Assembly: GCA_965116925.1 (NCBI GenBank)
Contig: OZ220744.1
Coordinates: 6,112,001 to 6,176,000 of the forward strand
Length of the DNA: 64,000 nucleotides
Direction: 5' to 3'
Source of the DNA: Candidatus Poribacteria bacterium
GTDB lineage: Bacteria; Poribacteria; WGA-4E; PCPOR2b
The notes beneath the pieces are model-generated. The model did no database searches. It had not been told where the DNA came from and saw only the letters and a program-made list of their open reading frames with translations. Each line of letters begins with the position of its first letter. The first letter of the stretch is position 1. Positions 62,743 to 64,000 of this stretch are shown in pieces. Both the position numbers and the translations under genes were made by a program.

Positions 62743-62845
62743 TATAGTGAATTCAAAAAATAAAGAAACACTGGCACCCCCCCGGTAGGTGCGGTTTGTA
62801 ACCGCACCGGTTTGGCGTGTCCCATTAATTCTAAAATCTACTATA
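62743..62845 (+). mobile_element. MITE family A with a different REP core
   Basis: Family A ends; core GTAGGTGCGGTTTGTAACCGCACC. Confidence 0.85.
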
Positions 62846-62874
62846 AAAAGTGAAAAAACGCGTTAAGAGGTAAA

Positions 62875-64000
62875 ATGAAACGCTTCATTGAAGATACCTT
62901 TCCCGTCAAAGAAGTCAGCGAAGAATCCGCTCGTGAGAAAAACCTCCGACACGGACACATCTCCACGCTCCATCTCTGGTGGGCGCGGCGACCGCTTGCC
63001 TCCTCACGCGCCACGGCTTACGCTGCCCTGATCCCTCCACCGAAAAACACCGAGGAATGGAACCGCAAACGGAATTTTATCATCGATCTCGCAAAGTGGG
63101 AAAATTCGCTTAATCCACATCTCATGAAACAGGCGAGGCAGGATATCCTCAACGCCAACGATGGTGCGCCGCCGAAGGTTCTCGATCCCTTTGGCGGCGG
63201 TGGAGCGATTCCGATGGAAGCACTTCGGCTTGGGTGTGAAACCTATTCCAACGACCTCAATCCTGTTGCGGTCCTGATTCAGAAGTGTACGCTGGAATAC
63301 CCGCAGAAATATGGCAAGCTAGCGGAGAGTGCCACCGAGGAAACGCTTTTTGGGAAAACACCCCAAAATCCTCTGCTCGAAGATGTTAAGAAGTGGGGTG
63401 CGTGGATCCTTGCGGAAACAAAAAAAGAACTGGAACGTTTTTATCCGAAAGAGAAGGACGGTTCAATCCCGGTTGGATGGATTTGGGCGCGGACAGTACC
63501 ATGTCAGAATCCGTCCTGTGGAGCGGAAATTCCACTAATGCGTCAACTGTGGTTGGCAAAGAAGGCAAAGAAGAAGATTGCCCTTTATCCTTATCTTAAA
63601 AACAGTGGTGTCGAATTCAAAATTGTCGGTGACGGTTACGAGCCGATGCCCGACAGCTTTGACGCGACAAAAGGCACTATCTCGCGTGCTGTGGCGGTGT
63701 GCCCCCTCTGCGGTGGAACTGTGGAAGCACAGTTGACTCGTCAACTCTTTCAGACGGAAAAAGCAGGGGAGCGAATGGTTGCTGTTGTAACCCACAAGCC
63801 GGGAACGACAGGCAAACGTTATCGTGTGGCGACAAAGGAAGACCTTGCTGTCTTTGAAGCTGCCAAGACACACCTTGCAGAGAAGCGAGAGCAGTTGATG
63901 ATGATATGGGGAGAAGATCCGGTGCCAGATGAGAACTTGCCGCTGATGAGCGGGGTTTTCAATGTCCCAATCTATGGTATGAATAACTGGGGTACGCTGT
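62875..64000 (+). CDS. DUF1156-domain adenine DNA methylase (5' part; runs off the window end)
   Basis: Read from the sequence (absent from the ORF track): MKRFIEDTFPV...SAREK...LHLWWARRPLA, LDPFGGGGAIPMEALRLG (SAM motif I), DLNPVA, WARTVPC..P.C. Confidence 0.9.
   Translation, partial: MKRFIEDTFPVKEVSEESAREKNLRHGHISTLHLWWARRPLASSRATAYAALIPPPKNTEEWNRKRNFIIDLAKWENSLNPHLMKQARQDILNANDGAPPKVLDPFGGGGAIPMEALRLGCETYSNDLNPVAVLIQKCTLEYPQKYGKLAESATEETLFGKTPQNPLLEDVKKWGAWILAETKKELERFYPKEKDGSIPVGWIWARTVPCQNPSCGAEIPLMRQLWLAKKAKKKIALYPYLKNSGVEFKIVGDGYEPMPDSFDATKGTISRAVAVCPLCGGTVEAQLTRQLFQTEKAGERMVAVVTHKPGTTGKRYRVATKEDLAVFEAAKTHLAEKREQLMMIWGEDPVPDENLPLMSGVFNVPIYGMNNWGTL

Noticed and set aside
59190..62845. 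Integron attC cassette array
   Set aside because: The repeats have MITE-like termini rather than RYYYAAC/GTTRRRY cores, occur elsewhere in either orientation, and no integrase is present.
63329..63873. Short ORFs listed at the window end
   Set aside because: They are alternative frames inside the DUF1156 gene that starts at 62875.

Overview
Bacterial chromosomal window with no rRNA, tRNA or CRISPR array. The gene content points, by inference, to Candidatus Poribacteria (sponge symbionts) or a relative: eight PhyH-type Fe(II)/2-oxoglutarate enzymes, sulfatase and phosphodiesterase genes, a DUF6785-like membrane protein, and LRR/dockerin proteins ending in a NYPNPFNPETWIPY...MxILK tail. Housekeeping genes (trpD x2, nfo, accC, hppA, folC, glyA, guaB, nuoI, a RecQ-family helicase) are interleaved with accessory genes. 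The accessory set includes a tnpB-only IS200/IS605 element, Rpn-family genes and the 5' part of a DUF1156 methylase. The most notable observations are: (1) three tandem PhyH paralogues, bracketed by direct MITE copies, whose HxD iron motif reads HxG, the signature of radical halogenases; (2) a tandem trpD duplicate with KHGN changed to KAGS; (3) three MITE families nested with GTAG-type REP hairpins; (4) an orphan IS605 left end sitting on a start codon; (5) Rpn genes with internal antitoxin-like starts; (6) an intact MDH-fold pseudo-enzyme; (7) a sigma-54 locus with a deleted activator. All product calls come from motif recognition by eye; no database search was run.
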